A stretch of DNA of 32,000 nucleotides from Vibrio vulnificus CMCP6 (lineage in GTDB: Bacteria > Pseudomonadota > Gammaproteobacteria > Enterobacterales > Vibrionaceae): positions 150,001 to 182,000 of the forward strand of contig NC_004459.3 in the NCBI RefSeq assembly GCF_000039765.1, in the 5' to 3' direction. A program made the position numbers and the translations under genes. Of the stretch, positions 8,871 to 16,308 are shown in pieces. Numbering within the stretch: position 1 is the stretch's first letter; every line of letters begins with the position of its first letter. The notes under the pieces were generated by a model, which was not told the DNA's origin, made no database searches, and saw nothing but the letters and a program-made list of their open reading frames with translations.

Positions 8871-9016
8871 TAATCATGGTTTAAAAATTTTAATCGAAAC
8901 AGAGCAGAGTTTCATTATTTAATGATCTAACTCAATTTCGAAAAAAATCATTAAAATAAACAGCAAGAATGAATCAAACAAATACATTCGACATATGAAT
9001 TTAATTTTATTCCGAC

Positions 9017-9049
9017 AATAAAAATCCCAAACACTGTGTTTGGGATTTT
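9017..9049 (-). terminator. pgm intrinsic terminator
   Basis: A 13-bp stem (AAAATCCCAAACA/TGTTTGGGATTTT) sits 37 nt past the pgm stop. The minus-strand reading ends in TTTTTATTG. Confidence 0.85.
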
Positions 9050-9085
9050 AATTATCATTGGAAAGCCATTATCAGCCGTAAAGAA

Positions 9086-10735
9086 TTATAGACCTGCTTC
9101 GGCAAAGACTTGATTGACAATCTCTTGCGCTTCCAACTCAATTTGTTTGAGGTGCTCTGCGCCTTTGAAGCTCTCACAATAGATCTTATAGATATCTTCA
9201 GTACCCGATGGACGCGCAGCAAACCAACCGTTCGCAGTTGTCACTTTTAGACCACCAATCGCTGCGCCATTACCAGGAGCATGGGTCAGTCTCGCGGTAA
9301 TCTCATCACCTGCTAAAGTTTCTGCCTTCACCATTTCAGCAGAGAGCTTCTTCAGTACCTCTTTCTGAGGACCATTGGCAACCGCTTGGATTCGGCTGTA
9401 CTGAGACTCCCCATGTTTAGCCGCCAGCTCGTCGTAATATTGCTGCGGGTTTTTACCGGTCACTGCGGTGATTTCCGCAGCCAGTAAACAGAGAATGATG
9501 CCATCTTTGTCTGTCGACCATGGTGTACCATCTTGGCGCAAGAATGAGGCTCCCGCACTCTCTTCGCCACCAAAGCCAAACTTACCGTTGTACAACCCAT
9601 CCACAAACCATTTGAAGCCAACCGGTACTTCACATAGCTCACGGCCAAGATCGGCCACCACTCGGTCAATCATGGCGCTAGAAACTAGGGTTTTACCCAC
9701 TGCCACATCCGCAGCCCAACCTTGACGATGACGGTATAGATAATCAATACAAACAGCTAAGAAGTGGTTCGGATTCATCAAGCCTTTTGTTGGCGTGACA
9801 ATACCATGGCGATCGTAATCTGGGTCATTGCCAAACGCGAGATCATACTGATCTTTTAGCGCCAGCAATCCAGCCATTGCGTAGGGAGAAGAGCAGTCCA
9901 TACGCACCACACCATCTTTATCCAATGACATAAACTGGAAAGAAGGGTCAATGGCTTCACTCACTAAAGTAAGATCTAAATTGTATGCTTTACCAATCTG
10001 ACGCCAATAATCAATGCCACTGCCGCCAAGAGGATCGACACCCAGTTTCAGGCCTGCTTTTTGGATGGCAGCCATATCGATTACATTCACCAAGTCATCG
10101 ACATAAGGTTTGACCAGATCTTGCTCTACAAACAGCGATGACGCTTTTGCTTGCGCCAAAGGCATACGCTTAACACCCTGCAACCCCTCTGCGATGAGTA
10201 CGTTTGCACGATTCTCAATTCGCTGTGTTAGCTCGCCTTCAGCGGGGCCACCATGAGTCGGATTGTATTTGATACCGCCATCTTGTGGTGGGTTATGAGA
10301 CGGAGTGATCACAATACCGTCTGCTTTTTCTTCGTGTTGTAAGTTGTATGTCAGGATCGCATGAGAAATACCCGGAGTTGGGGTATAGCCATTTTGTTCT
10401 TGTACAATCACGGTCACGCCATTGGCAATCAGCACTTCAACAACGGTAGAAAACGCTGGCTCAGACAACGCATGCGTATCTTTACCCACAAAAAGAGGAC
10501 CCGTTGTCCCTTGCTCTGCGCGTACTTCAGCCACTGCTTGAGCAATCGCTAAAATATGATGTTCGTTAAAAGTGGATTTATCCGCACAACCACGATGCCC
10601 TGACGTACCAAACTCGACTTTGTGTGCTGGGTTTGTTGGATCGGGTTGAAGGAGGAAATAATTAGCAACGAGTGCTGGGATATTGTGAAGATCTTCTTGC
10701 AGAGCTTTCTGCCCTGCACGAGGGTGCATAGCCAT
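9086..10735 (-). CDS. pgm: Phosphoglucomutase (alpha-D-glucose-1,6-bisphosphate dependent)
   Basis: The protein is near-collinear with E. coli Pgm, including the TSGHRG active-site loop, GGEESAG and [11 protein letters not shown]. The ORF track starts at 10744. I prefer the ATG at 10735 (MAMHPRAGQ) because AAGGA lies 8 nt upstream and it matches the E. coli N-terminus. 10744 remains possible. Confidence 0.94.
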   Translation of the reverse strand: MAMHPRAGQKALQEDLHNIPALVANYFLLQPDPTNPAHKVEFGTSGHRGCADKSTFNEHHILAIAQAVAEVRAEQGTTGPLFVGKDTHALSEPAFSTVVEVLIANGVTVIVQEQNGYTPTPGISHAILTYNLQHEEKADGIVITPSHNPPQDGGIKYNPTHGGPAEGELTQRIENRANVLIAEGLQGVKRMPLAQAKASSLFVEQDLVKPYVDDLVNVIDMAAIQKAGLKLGVDPLGGSGIDYWRQIGKAYNLDLTLVSEAIDPSFQFMSLDKDGVVRMDCSSPYAMAGLLALKDQYDLAFGNDPDYDRHGIVTPTKGLMNPNHFLAVCIDYLYRHRQGWAADVAVGKTLVSSAMIDRVVADLGRELCEVPVGFKWFVDGLYNGKFGFGGEESAGASFLRQDGTPWSTDKDGIILCLLAAEITAVTGKNPQQYYDELAAKHGESQYSRIQAVANGPQKEVLKKLSAEMVKAETLAGDEITARLTHAPGNGAAIGGLKVTTANGWFAARPSGTEDIYKIYCESFKGAEHLKQIELEAQEIVNQVFAEAGL

Positions 10736-10764
10736 TAATGACATCCTTTCTTAAAATATACTCA

Positions 10765-10813
10765 AACAAAAAAGCCTCATAATATCGGCATAATCTTGCG
10801 CATTATGAGGCTT
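10765..10813 (-). terminator. Terminator-like hairpin between seqA and pgm
   Basis: A 12-bp stem (10772-10783 / 10802-10813) with an 18-nt loop. The minus-strand reading is followed by TTTTGTTTGAG. Confidence 0.55.
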
Positions 10814-10825
10814 CTATCAGGTTTC

Positions 10826-11359
10826 TTAAATTGAACCTGTTACTTTTTCAATTAAATCAGGCTGGAATTCCATATGCACCATCACTTGCTCCACCATTTG
10901 CCTCTTACGGCTGGTATTGTTATTAGTGATGACCCAAAAACCCGTGCCTGGAATGGATTTTGGTTTCGTCGTATTACCATTTTCTAGCAATGTCGCCTCA
11001 TTGTCGGCGAAATAAACACGCTTACGACCTTTCACTTTTGTCGCTTGAGCAAACGACTCAGGGTTGATTCGATGTAGCGTGCTCAGCACAAGCATAAATC
11101 GATCGATGGCTTTCTTTAATGAGGCAAACTCATCCGAAATTAATAGTGAGCGCATCTCTTTTACGCCATCAAGTTGAGTGTCTTTGCCTGCATCTTTGCT
11201 TACTACGATGCCTTTCGGTTCTATCGTAATAGGGGCAACAGTCTGACGTCCATCCACATTCAATAAGCGGCGCAAAATATCCGATGCACTTTCGCCAATA
11301 TGTTGGGTTTGACTAGCAATGTAACGGTATAGATCCTCATCAACCTCAATTGTTTTCAT
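10826..11359 (-). CDS. seqA: Replication initiation negative regulator SeqA
   Basis: A 177-aa protein whose N-terminus MKTIEVDEDLYRYIASQTQHIGESASDILRRLL is canonical SeqA. It lies upstream of pgm as in enterics. Confidence 0.95.
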   Translation of the reverse strand: MKTIEVDEDLYRYIASQTQHIGESASDILRRLLNVDGRQTVAPITIEPKGIVVSKDAGKDTQLDGVKEMRSLLISDEFASLKKAIDRFMLVLSTLHRINPESFAQATKVKGRKRVYFADNEATLLENGNTTKPKSIPGTGFWVITNNNTSRKRQMVEQVMVHMEFQPDLIEKVTGSI

Positions 11360-11451
11360 TCGCTTTTCACAATCTCAATGTTTAAACTCTGGGGGATTAT
11401 AACGAGATCCTCGCGGATACTCCACGTTAAACCCATCACGAACAAGATAAA

Positions 11452-12219
11452 ATGTCAGCATTGCTCAATTACAAACTCGAAGGTGACGGTCAAGCCATTG
11501 TTTTGCTACACGGCTTGTTCGGCAGTTTAAGTAACTTAGGTCTACTCGCGCGAGATCTCTCACAAGATCATCGTGTCATCAGCTTAGACCTACGTAACCA
11601 TGGCTTATCTTTTAAGTCTCAACAACACGATTACACGCTCATGGCTCAAGATGTTATCGACACGCTAAGCGCAATAGGTATCGATAAAGCGATTGTCATC
11701 GGCCATTCAATGGGTGGCAAAGTCGCGATGGAAATGGCCAATCTCGCGCCCAATCTCGTCACTCAGTTGATCGTGTTAGACATGGCCCCCGTCGCGTACC
11801 AACAAAGGCGTCATGATAATGTTTTTAACGGACTGCACGCGGTCATGGAACAGAAGCCAACATCACGCCATGAGGCGTTGCAATTACTCGCGCAACACAT
11901 TGAACTCGATGGCGTTCGACAGTTTCTTGCCAAGTCATTGTACAAAGAAGGCAATCATTTGGCATGGCGCTTCAATGTCGACGCCCTTATCGCTAACTAC
12001 GATTCAATATTAGGTTGGACACCGATAGAGCAAACCAACATTCCCACCTTATTTGTCAAAGGAGGCGATTCTGACTATTTGACGACAGAGCATCAAAGCT
12101 TGGTTCAGCAGCAGTTTAGTCGAGCAAAAGCGCACGTTATCGCTGGTACTGGGCATTGGCTGCACGCGGAAAAACCAGCAGAAGTCCTTCGTGCGATCAG
12201 AAAATTTATTTCTAGTTAA
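11452..12219 (+). CDS. ybfF: Alpha/beta hydrolase, YbfF-type acyl-CoA esterase
   Basis: A 255-aa protein with the HGLFGS oxyanion region, the GHSMGG nucleophile elbow and a C-terminal GHWLHAEKP. It is divergent from seqA as in E. coli. Confidence 0.88.
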   Translation: MSALLNYKLEGDGQAIVLLHGLFGSLSNLGLLARDLSQDHRVISLDLRNHGLSFKSQQHDYTLMAQDVIDTLSAIGIDKAIVIGHSMGGKVAMEMANLAPNLVTQLIVLDMAPVAYQQRRHDNVFNGLHAVMEQKPTSRHEALQLLAQHIELDGVRQFLAKSLYKEGNHLAWRFNVDALIANYDSILGWTPIEQTNIPTLFVKGGDSDYLTTEHQSLVQQQFSRAKAHVIAGTGHWLHAEKPAEVLRAIRKFISS

Positions 12220-12270
12220 CAAATACGAAAAATCGCCAAGTTTTATTGGGATATCCCCACTTTGTGTGCA

Positions 12271-12299
12271 TTAACTTTATGGCGTAAGAGTGATATAGT
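12271..12299 (+). promoter_or_regulatory. Candidate sigma70 promoter for the DUF2788-fldA unit
   Basis: TTAACT (12271-12276), a 17-nt spacer, then TATAGT (12294-12299), located 34 nt upstream of the 12333 start. Confidence 0.35.
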
Positions 12300-12332
12300 G
12301 CGCGCAAGCTAAATTGGCATTAAAGGAACACT

Positions 12333-12554
12333 ATGCTCTACGACTACATGAACATGCTGGAATCGATTGGACTCGATCTTCTTTTTGCGTCTATCTTCTT
12401 TCTTATTGGTATGGCGATAAAAGACGTATTAAACCAGGGAAATGTTCCGGTATTTGGTCGTCGTATTGTGTGGCTAGTGCTCTTCCTTGGCTGTGCCGGT
12501 TTTATCGCAAAAGGTATTATTCAGCTTAGCTGGGAAGGCACAGGGCTGGGTTAA
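12333..12554 (+). CDS. Small two-TM membrane protein (DUF2788-like)
   Basis: A 73-aa ORF with an AAGGA SD 6 nt upstream and two hydrophobic helices. The overlapping alternative-frame ORF 12314-12529 was rejected. Downstream in-frame ATGs (M6, M8) remain possible starts. Confidence 0.6.
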   Translation: MLYDYMNMLESIGLDLLFASIFFLIGMAIKDVLNQGNVPVFGRRIVWLVLFLGCAGFIAKGIIQLSWEGTGLG

Positions 12555-12602
12555 ATCACAGCATCCGTGCCAACAACAGACATTATTAAAGGTATAAACT
12601 CT

Positions 12603-13136
12603 ATGGCAAGTGTAGGTATCTTCTTCGGCAGCGACACAGGCAACACCGAAGCCGTTGCTAAGATGATTCAAAAGCAACTAGGTAAAAAACTCGTTCACGT
12701 ACAAGACATCGCAAAAAGTAGTAAAGAAGATATCGACAACTTCGACCTACTGCTTTTAGGCATCCCAACTTGGTACTACGGTGAAGCTCAGTGTGATTGG
12801 GATGACTTTTTCCCAGAGTTAGAGAAAATCGATTTCTCGACGAAACTAGTGGCCATTTTTGGTTGTGGCGACCAAGAGGACTACGCAGAATATTTCTGTG
12901 ACGCAATGGGCACCGTTCGCGATATCGTAGAAGCAAAAGGCGGCACTATCCTAGGCCACACTTCAACTGAGAGCTATGAGTTCGAAGCATCAAAAGCCTT
13001 AGTTGCTGGTGATGACCGCCTATTCGTCGGTTTATGCATTGATGAAGATCGCCAACCAGAACTCACCGAAGAACGTGTGAAAAACTGGGTTGAACAGATC
13101 TACGAAGAAATGTGCCTTGCAGAGCTTGAAGACTAA
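12603..13136 (+). CDS. fldA: Long-chain flavodoxin FldA
   Basis: I trimmed the ORF-track start from 12567 to the ATG at 12603 (MASVGIFFGSDTGNTE, the FMN phosphate-binding loop). This gives 177 aa against 176 in E. coli. Confidence 0.95.
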   Translation: MASVGIFFGSDTGNTEAVAKMIQKQLGKKLVHVQDIAKSSKEDIDNFDLLLLGIPTWYYGEAQCDWDDFFPELEKIDFSTKLVAIFGCGDQEDYAEYFCDAMGTVRDIVEAKGGTILGHTSTESYEFEASKALVAGDDRLFVGLCIDEDRQPELTEERVKNWVEQIYEEMCLAELED

Positions 13137-13141
13137 TGATG

Positions 13142-13167
13142 AAAAACCTCCTTCGGGAGGTTTTTTT
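13142..13167. terminator. Bidirectional terminator shared by fldA and the DUF4442 gene
   Basis: AAAAACCTCC-TTCG-GGAGGTTTTT, with a UUCG-type loop and A/T runs on both sides. Confidence 0.88.
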
Positions 13168-13663
13168 AATTTGTCACGATGACTTCTTCTCGATATTGCG
13201 GTTTTTTGCGTACATACAGCTTACGCTGAACTTCAGAAACCACATTCCCTTGTGCATCTTTGACATGGATGACAAATTCAGGAAAGCACTTCTCCCCTCT
13301 CTTGGTCACGGAGTAAATCTCATCTAACACCGATTGGCAGATCTCAAACTTAGCAAAGAGATCACTTTTCCCAGGTTGAATAAAGTTAATGCTCGCTTCC
13401 TTGTCCCAGACATAGTACTCCTCCCCCAAAATCCCCATCAGCATTAATGAGTAAACTGGATCCGTTAAAGAGAAAATACTGCCGCCATACTGAGTACGAT
13501 TGGCGTTTTTGTTCCACCAGCGCAATTTCAGTCTCATTTCAACCGTACGGAAATCATCACTTATGCGTAAAATGCGAATTCCTGCCCCCCAAAATGGCGG
13601 CCAAATGTTTAAAGCAAACTTAACCATTCCCGGTTTGTAGATCTTCGCGAGTTGCTTGTTCAT
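13166..13663 (-). CDS. DUF4442 / hotdog-fold (PaaI-YiiD-like thioesterase superfamily) protein
   Basis: A 165-aa ORF, convergent with fldA, whose stop codon lies inside the shared terminator T/A tract. The family call is from general sequence character only. Confidence 0.65.
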   Translation of the reverse strand: MNKQLAKIYKPGMVKFALNIWPPFWGAGIRILRISDDFRTVEMRLKLRWWNKNANRTQYGGSIFSLTDPVYSLMLMGILGEEYYVWDKEASINFIQPGKSDLFAKFEICQSVLDEIYSVTKRGEKCFPEFVIHVKDAQGNVVSEVQRKLYVRKKPQYREEVIVTN

Positions 13664-13800
13664 GCCTTCCTTGCTCTCTTTGCAAATTGTTATTAAATTG
13701 TAACTGGTCAGATGAGCAATATAAGCGACCTAACGCGAATTTACAAAAAGAATATAGTAACCCTTTGAAGTTCGTGGTTTATTGTTATCTCTGGTTAACC

Positions 13801-13826
13801 TATAATGTTCAGAATATTGAATTCTG
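13801..13826 (+). promoter_or_regulatory. Candidate fur promoter -10 (TATAAT) with an overlapping Fur-box-like inverted repeat
   Basis: A perfect TATAAT lies at 13801-13806 with a weak -35 (TTTATT, 13778-13783, 17-nt spacer). The inverted repeat CAGAAT-N5-ATTCTG sits at 13810-13826. The stretch TATAATGTTCAGAATATTG matches 11/19 positions of the classical Fur box. Confidence 0.35.
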
Positions 13827-13858
13827 TTAATCGCGGCAGATCATCAACGGGAAAGTAT

Positions 13859-14308
13859 ATGTCAGACAATAACCAAGCGCTAAAGGATGCTGGTCTTAAA
13901 GTTACCCTTCCAAGGCTGAAAATTTTAGAAGTACTACAGCAACCGGATTGCCAACACATCAGTGCTGAAGACCTTTATAAGAAGCTGATTGATCTTGGCG
14001 AAGAGATTGGCCTTGCGACAGTATATCGAGTGTTGAACCAGTTTGATGATGCCGGTATTGTTACTCGCCACCACTTTGAAGGCGGTAAATCGGTATTTGA
14101 ACTTTCGACTCAACATCACCATGATCACCTAGTTTGTCTCGACTGCGGTGAAGTTATTGAGTTCTCAGATGACATTATTGAAGAGCGCCAAAAAGAAATC
14201 GCCGCCGCTTATAATGTTCAACTGACAAACCACAGCCTCTACCTTTACGGCAAGTGTGGCGATGGCTCATGCAAGGGTAATCCAGACGCACATAAACGTA
14301 AGAACTAA
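13859..14308 (+). CDS. fur: Ferric uptake regulator
   Basis: I trimmed the ORF-track start from 13805 to the ATG at 13859. MSDNNQALKDAGLKVTLPRLKILEVLQQ...HHHDHLVCLDCGEVIEF is almost identical to the Vibrio Fur sequences I recall. A GGGAAAG SD lies upstream. Confidence 0.97.
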   Translation: MSDNNQALKDAGLKVTLPRLKILEVLQQPDCQHISAEDLYKKLIDLGEEIGLATVYRVLNQFDDAGIVTRHHFEGGKSVFELSTQHHHDHLVCLDCGEVIEFSDDIIEERQKEIAAAYNVQLTNHSLYLYGKCGDGSCKGNPDAHKRKN

Positions 14309-14330
14309 TATCGACGCTCGATAGATCTTA

Positions 14331-14357
14331 AAAGCCAGCATATTGCTGGCTTTTTGT
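14331..14357 (+). terminator. fur intrinsic terminator
   Basis: Stem AGCCAGCA/TGCTGGCT followed by TTTTTGTTG. Confidence 0.85.
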
Positions 14358-14365
14358 TGCGCCTA

Positions 14366-14397
14366 CAAAAAAACCAACTCAATGAGTTGGGTTTTTC
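14366..14397 (-). terminator. glnS intrinsic terminator
   Basis: The minus strand reads AAAAACCCAACTC-ATT-GAGTTGG(T)TTTTTTTG (one bulged base), starting about 15 nt past the glnS stop. Confidence 0.8.
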
Positions 14398-14412
14398 TTA
14401 GCTTAATAGCGC

Positions 14413-16083
14413 TTATTTCGCTTCAATCTTCGCCCAAGTATCACGTAGACCTACAGTACGGTTGAAAACTAAATGCTCTTTAGAGGAGTCTTTAGAATCC
14501 GCACAGAAGTAACCCATACGCTCAAACTGATAGCCTTTTTCAGCTTCTGCTTCCACTAAGCTTGGCTCAACAAAGCCATTCATCACCGTTAAAGATTCCG
14601 GATTGATGGTTGAAGCAAAGTCATCTGCGGCTGCTGGATTTGGTACCGTGAATAGACGATCGTATAGACGAATTTCAGCAGGAACACCTTTATCCGCCGA
14701 TACCCAGTGAATTACACCACGTACTTTACGGCCATCCGCAGGGTTAACACCCAAAGTCTCTGAATCGTAAGTACAGAAGATAGTCGTGATATTACCTTCG
14801 TCGTCTTTCTCAACACGCTCAGCTTTAATCACGTACGCGCCACGCAGACGTACTTCACTGCCAAGAACCAAACGTTTGTACTTCTTGTTTGCTTCTTCGC
14901 GGAAATCTTCACGCTCGATCCAAATTTCACGGCTAAACGGAACTTCACGCTCACCCATTTCTGGCTTATTTGGATGGTTAGCAACCGTCAGATTTTCTAC
15001 TTCGCCTGCAGGGAAGTTTTCAATCACTAGCTTAACAGGATCCAACACCGCCATTGCACGAGGGGCATTTTCATTCAAATCATCACGGATGCAAGATTCC
15101 AATGAACTAAACTCGATCATGTTTTCTTGCTTCGTCACACCAATACGCTTACAAAACTCGCGAATTGACGCAGGTGTGAAACCGCGACGGCGTAAACCAG
15201 AGATCGTCGGCATACGTGGGTCATCCCAGCCATTAACCAACTTCTCAGTCACCAACTGGTTGAGCTTACGCTTAGACATTACTGTGTATTCAAGGTTCAG
15301 ACGGCTGAACTCGTACTGATGAGGACGGCAATCAATGGTGATGTTGTCGAGAACCCAGTCGTACAAACGACGGTTGTCCATAAACTCAAGAGTACAAATT
15401 GAGTGCGTAATGCCTTCTAACGCATCTGAAATACAGTGCGTAAAGTCGTACATTGGGTAAATGCACCATTTGTCACCTGTCTGGTGGTGAGACGCAAAAC
15501 GCACGCGGTAAAGAACAGGATCGCGCATAACCATGAACGACGATGCCATGTCAATCTTCGCACGAAGACACGCTTTACCTTCTTCAAAACCGCCATCGCG
15601 CATTTTTTCAAACAGCGCAAGGTTTTCTTCCGCAGAACGATCACGATAAGGGCTAGGCTTACCTGGTGCAGTCAACGTACCACGGTATTCACGGATCTGC
15701 TCTGGACTTAGCTCATCAACGTACGCTAAGCCTTTGTTAATCAGTTCCACTGCATACTCGTAAAGCTTGTCGAAATAGTTCGATGAGTAACAGATCTCAT
15801 CATCCCATTCAAAGCCTAACCAGCTCACATCATTTTTGATCGACTCAACGTATTCGATGTCTTCTTTCTCAGGGTTGGTATCGTCGAAACGAAGATTACA
15901 CTTACCCTGATAGTCCTGAGCAATACCAAAGTTCAAACAAATCGATTTTGCATGGCCGATGTGTAGGTAGCCGTTTGGCTCCGGTGGGAATCGTGTATGC
16001 ACACTCGTGTGTTTGCCATCCGCCAGATCTTTATCAATGATCTGACGAATAAAGTTTGATGGACGAGCATCAGCTTCACTCAT
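14413..16083 (-). CDS. glnS: Glutamine--tRNA ligase
   Basis: A 556-aa protein with the class I HIGH (PNGYLHIGH) and VMSKR (KMSKS-type) motifs. A GAGGTG SD lies 7 nt upstream. Confidence 0.97.
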   Translation of the reverse strand: MSEADARPSNFIRQIIDKDLADGKHTSVHTRFPPEPNGYLHIGHAKSICLNFGIAQDYQGKCNLRFDDTNPEKEDIEYVESIKNDVSWLGFEWDDEICYSSNYFDKLYEYAVELINKGLAYVDELSPEQIREYRGTLTAPGKPSPYRDRSAEENLALFEKMRDGGFEEGKACLRAKIDMASSFMVMRDPVLYRVRFASHHQTGDKWCIYPMYDFTHCISDALEGITHSICTLEFMDNRRLYDWVLDNITIDCRPHQYEFSRLNLEYTVMSKRKLNQLVTEKLVNGWDDPRMPTISGLRRRGFTPASIREFCKRIGVTKQENMIEFSSLESCIRDDLNENAPRAMAVLDPVKLVIENFPAGEVENLTVANHPNKPEMGEREVPFSREIWIEREDFREEANKKYKRLVLGSEVRLRGAYVIKAERVEKDDEGNITTIFCTYDSETLGVNPADGRKVRGVIHWVSADKGVPAEIRLYDRLFTVPNPAAADDFASTINPESLTVMNGFVEPSLVEAEAEKGYQFERMGYFCADSKDSSKEHLVFNRTVGLRDTWAKIEAK

Positions 16084-16128
16084 CTAAAGCACCTCAAGTT
16101 TGTTTTAGTATTGTTCAGAGAAAACTTA

Positions 16129-16157
16129 GCTCTGAAGCGTCAACGCAACTTCAGAGC
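16129..16157 (-). promoter_or_regulatory. 9-bp perfect hairpin in the glnS upstream/leader region
   Basis: GCTCTGAAG (16129-16137) pairs with CTTCAGAGC (16149-16157) across an 11-nt loop. On the minus strand it is followed by TAAGTTTTCTCTG. It lies 46-74 nt upstream of the glnS ATG. Confidence 0.4.
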
Positions 16158-16259
16158 AAACTGCCGTTAATGATCCACAATTCTGTGCCATTAGACAATA
16201 AGATCTCGCGTTTAAATAGGATTATTTGTCTGAAAAGACCAAGATAGAGTGCCAAAACA

Positions 16260-16285
16260 GAAAAAGCCTCCCGAAGGAGGCTTTT
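16260..16285 (-). terminator. nagE intrinsic terminator
   Basis: AAGCCTCC-CGAA-GGAGGCTT with flanking A and T runs, 25 nt past the nagE stop. Confidence 0.88.
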
Positions 16286-16308
16286 CATATCATTCAGAGT
16301 GATTGCTA

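Noticed and set aside
8677-9020. Possible small protein genes in the 409-bp AT-rich region. Examples are plus-strand MTKKYSFRVTSTSMSRHF at 8701, and minus-strand 23-aa and 13-aa ORFs starting at 8877 and 8915.
   Set aside because: None has an SD or any recognisable feature, and their lengths are what random AT-rich sequence yields. I treat the region as regulatory DNA.
11379-11392. A fourth TTTAAACT occurrence (caatGTTTAAACTCtggg) in the seqA-ybfF divergent region, possibly related to the three palindromes at 8681-8870.
   Set aside because: The left half-site 12 nt upstream (TCTCAA) does not complement TAAACT, so only the 8-mer is shared. A single AT-rich 8-mer match elsewhere is compatible with chance.
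12314-12529. A 71-aa ORF overlapping the DUF2788 ORF in another frame.
   Set aside because: The 12333-12554 frame has a proper AAGGA SD and encodes two clean hydrophobic helices. The 12314 frame is Cys/Trp/Arg-rich with no SD.
13805-13858. N-terminal extensions offered by the six-frame track for fur (13805), fldA (12567), hemH (29813), ybgI (3959), DUF1853 (3871), the MCP (28628, TTG), the antiporter (20761, TTG) and pgm (10744).
   Set aside because: Homolog N-termini begin at the internal Met in each case. The extensions overlap neighbouring genes, promoter -10 elements or terminator stems, and better SD spacing is found at the internal starts. The pgm case (10744 versus 10735) remains uncertain.
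14786-15319. A 177-aa ORF on the plus strand, antisense to glnS. Similar antisense ORFs lie at 15436-15711, 16643-17161 (inside nagE), 27007-27568 and 27703-28250 (inside the MCP gene), 5078-5778 (inside the CoADR gene) and 6133-6477.
   Set aside because: All of them lie entirely within strongly supported, conserved genes on the opposite strand. They have Arg/Ser/Pro-rich, low-complexity translations typical of shadow frames, lack SD sequences and show no recognisable motifs.
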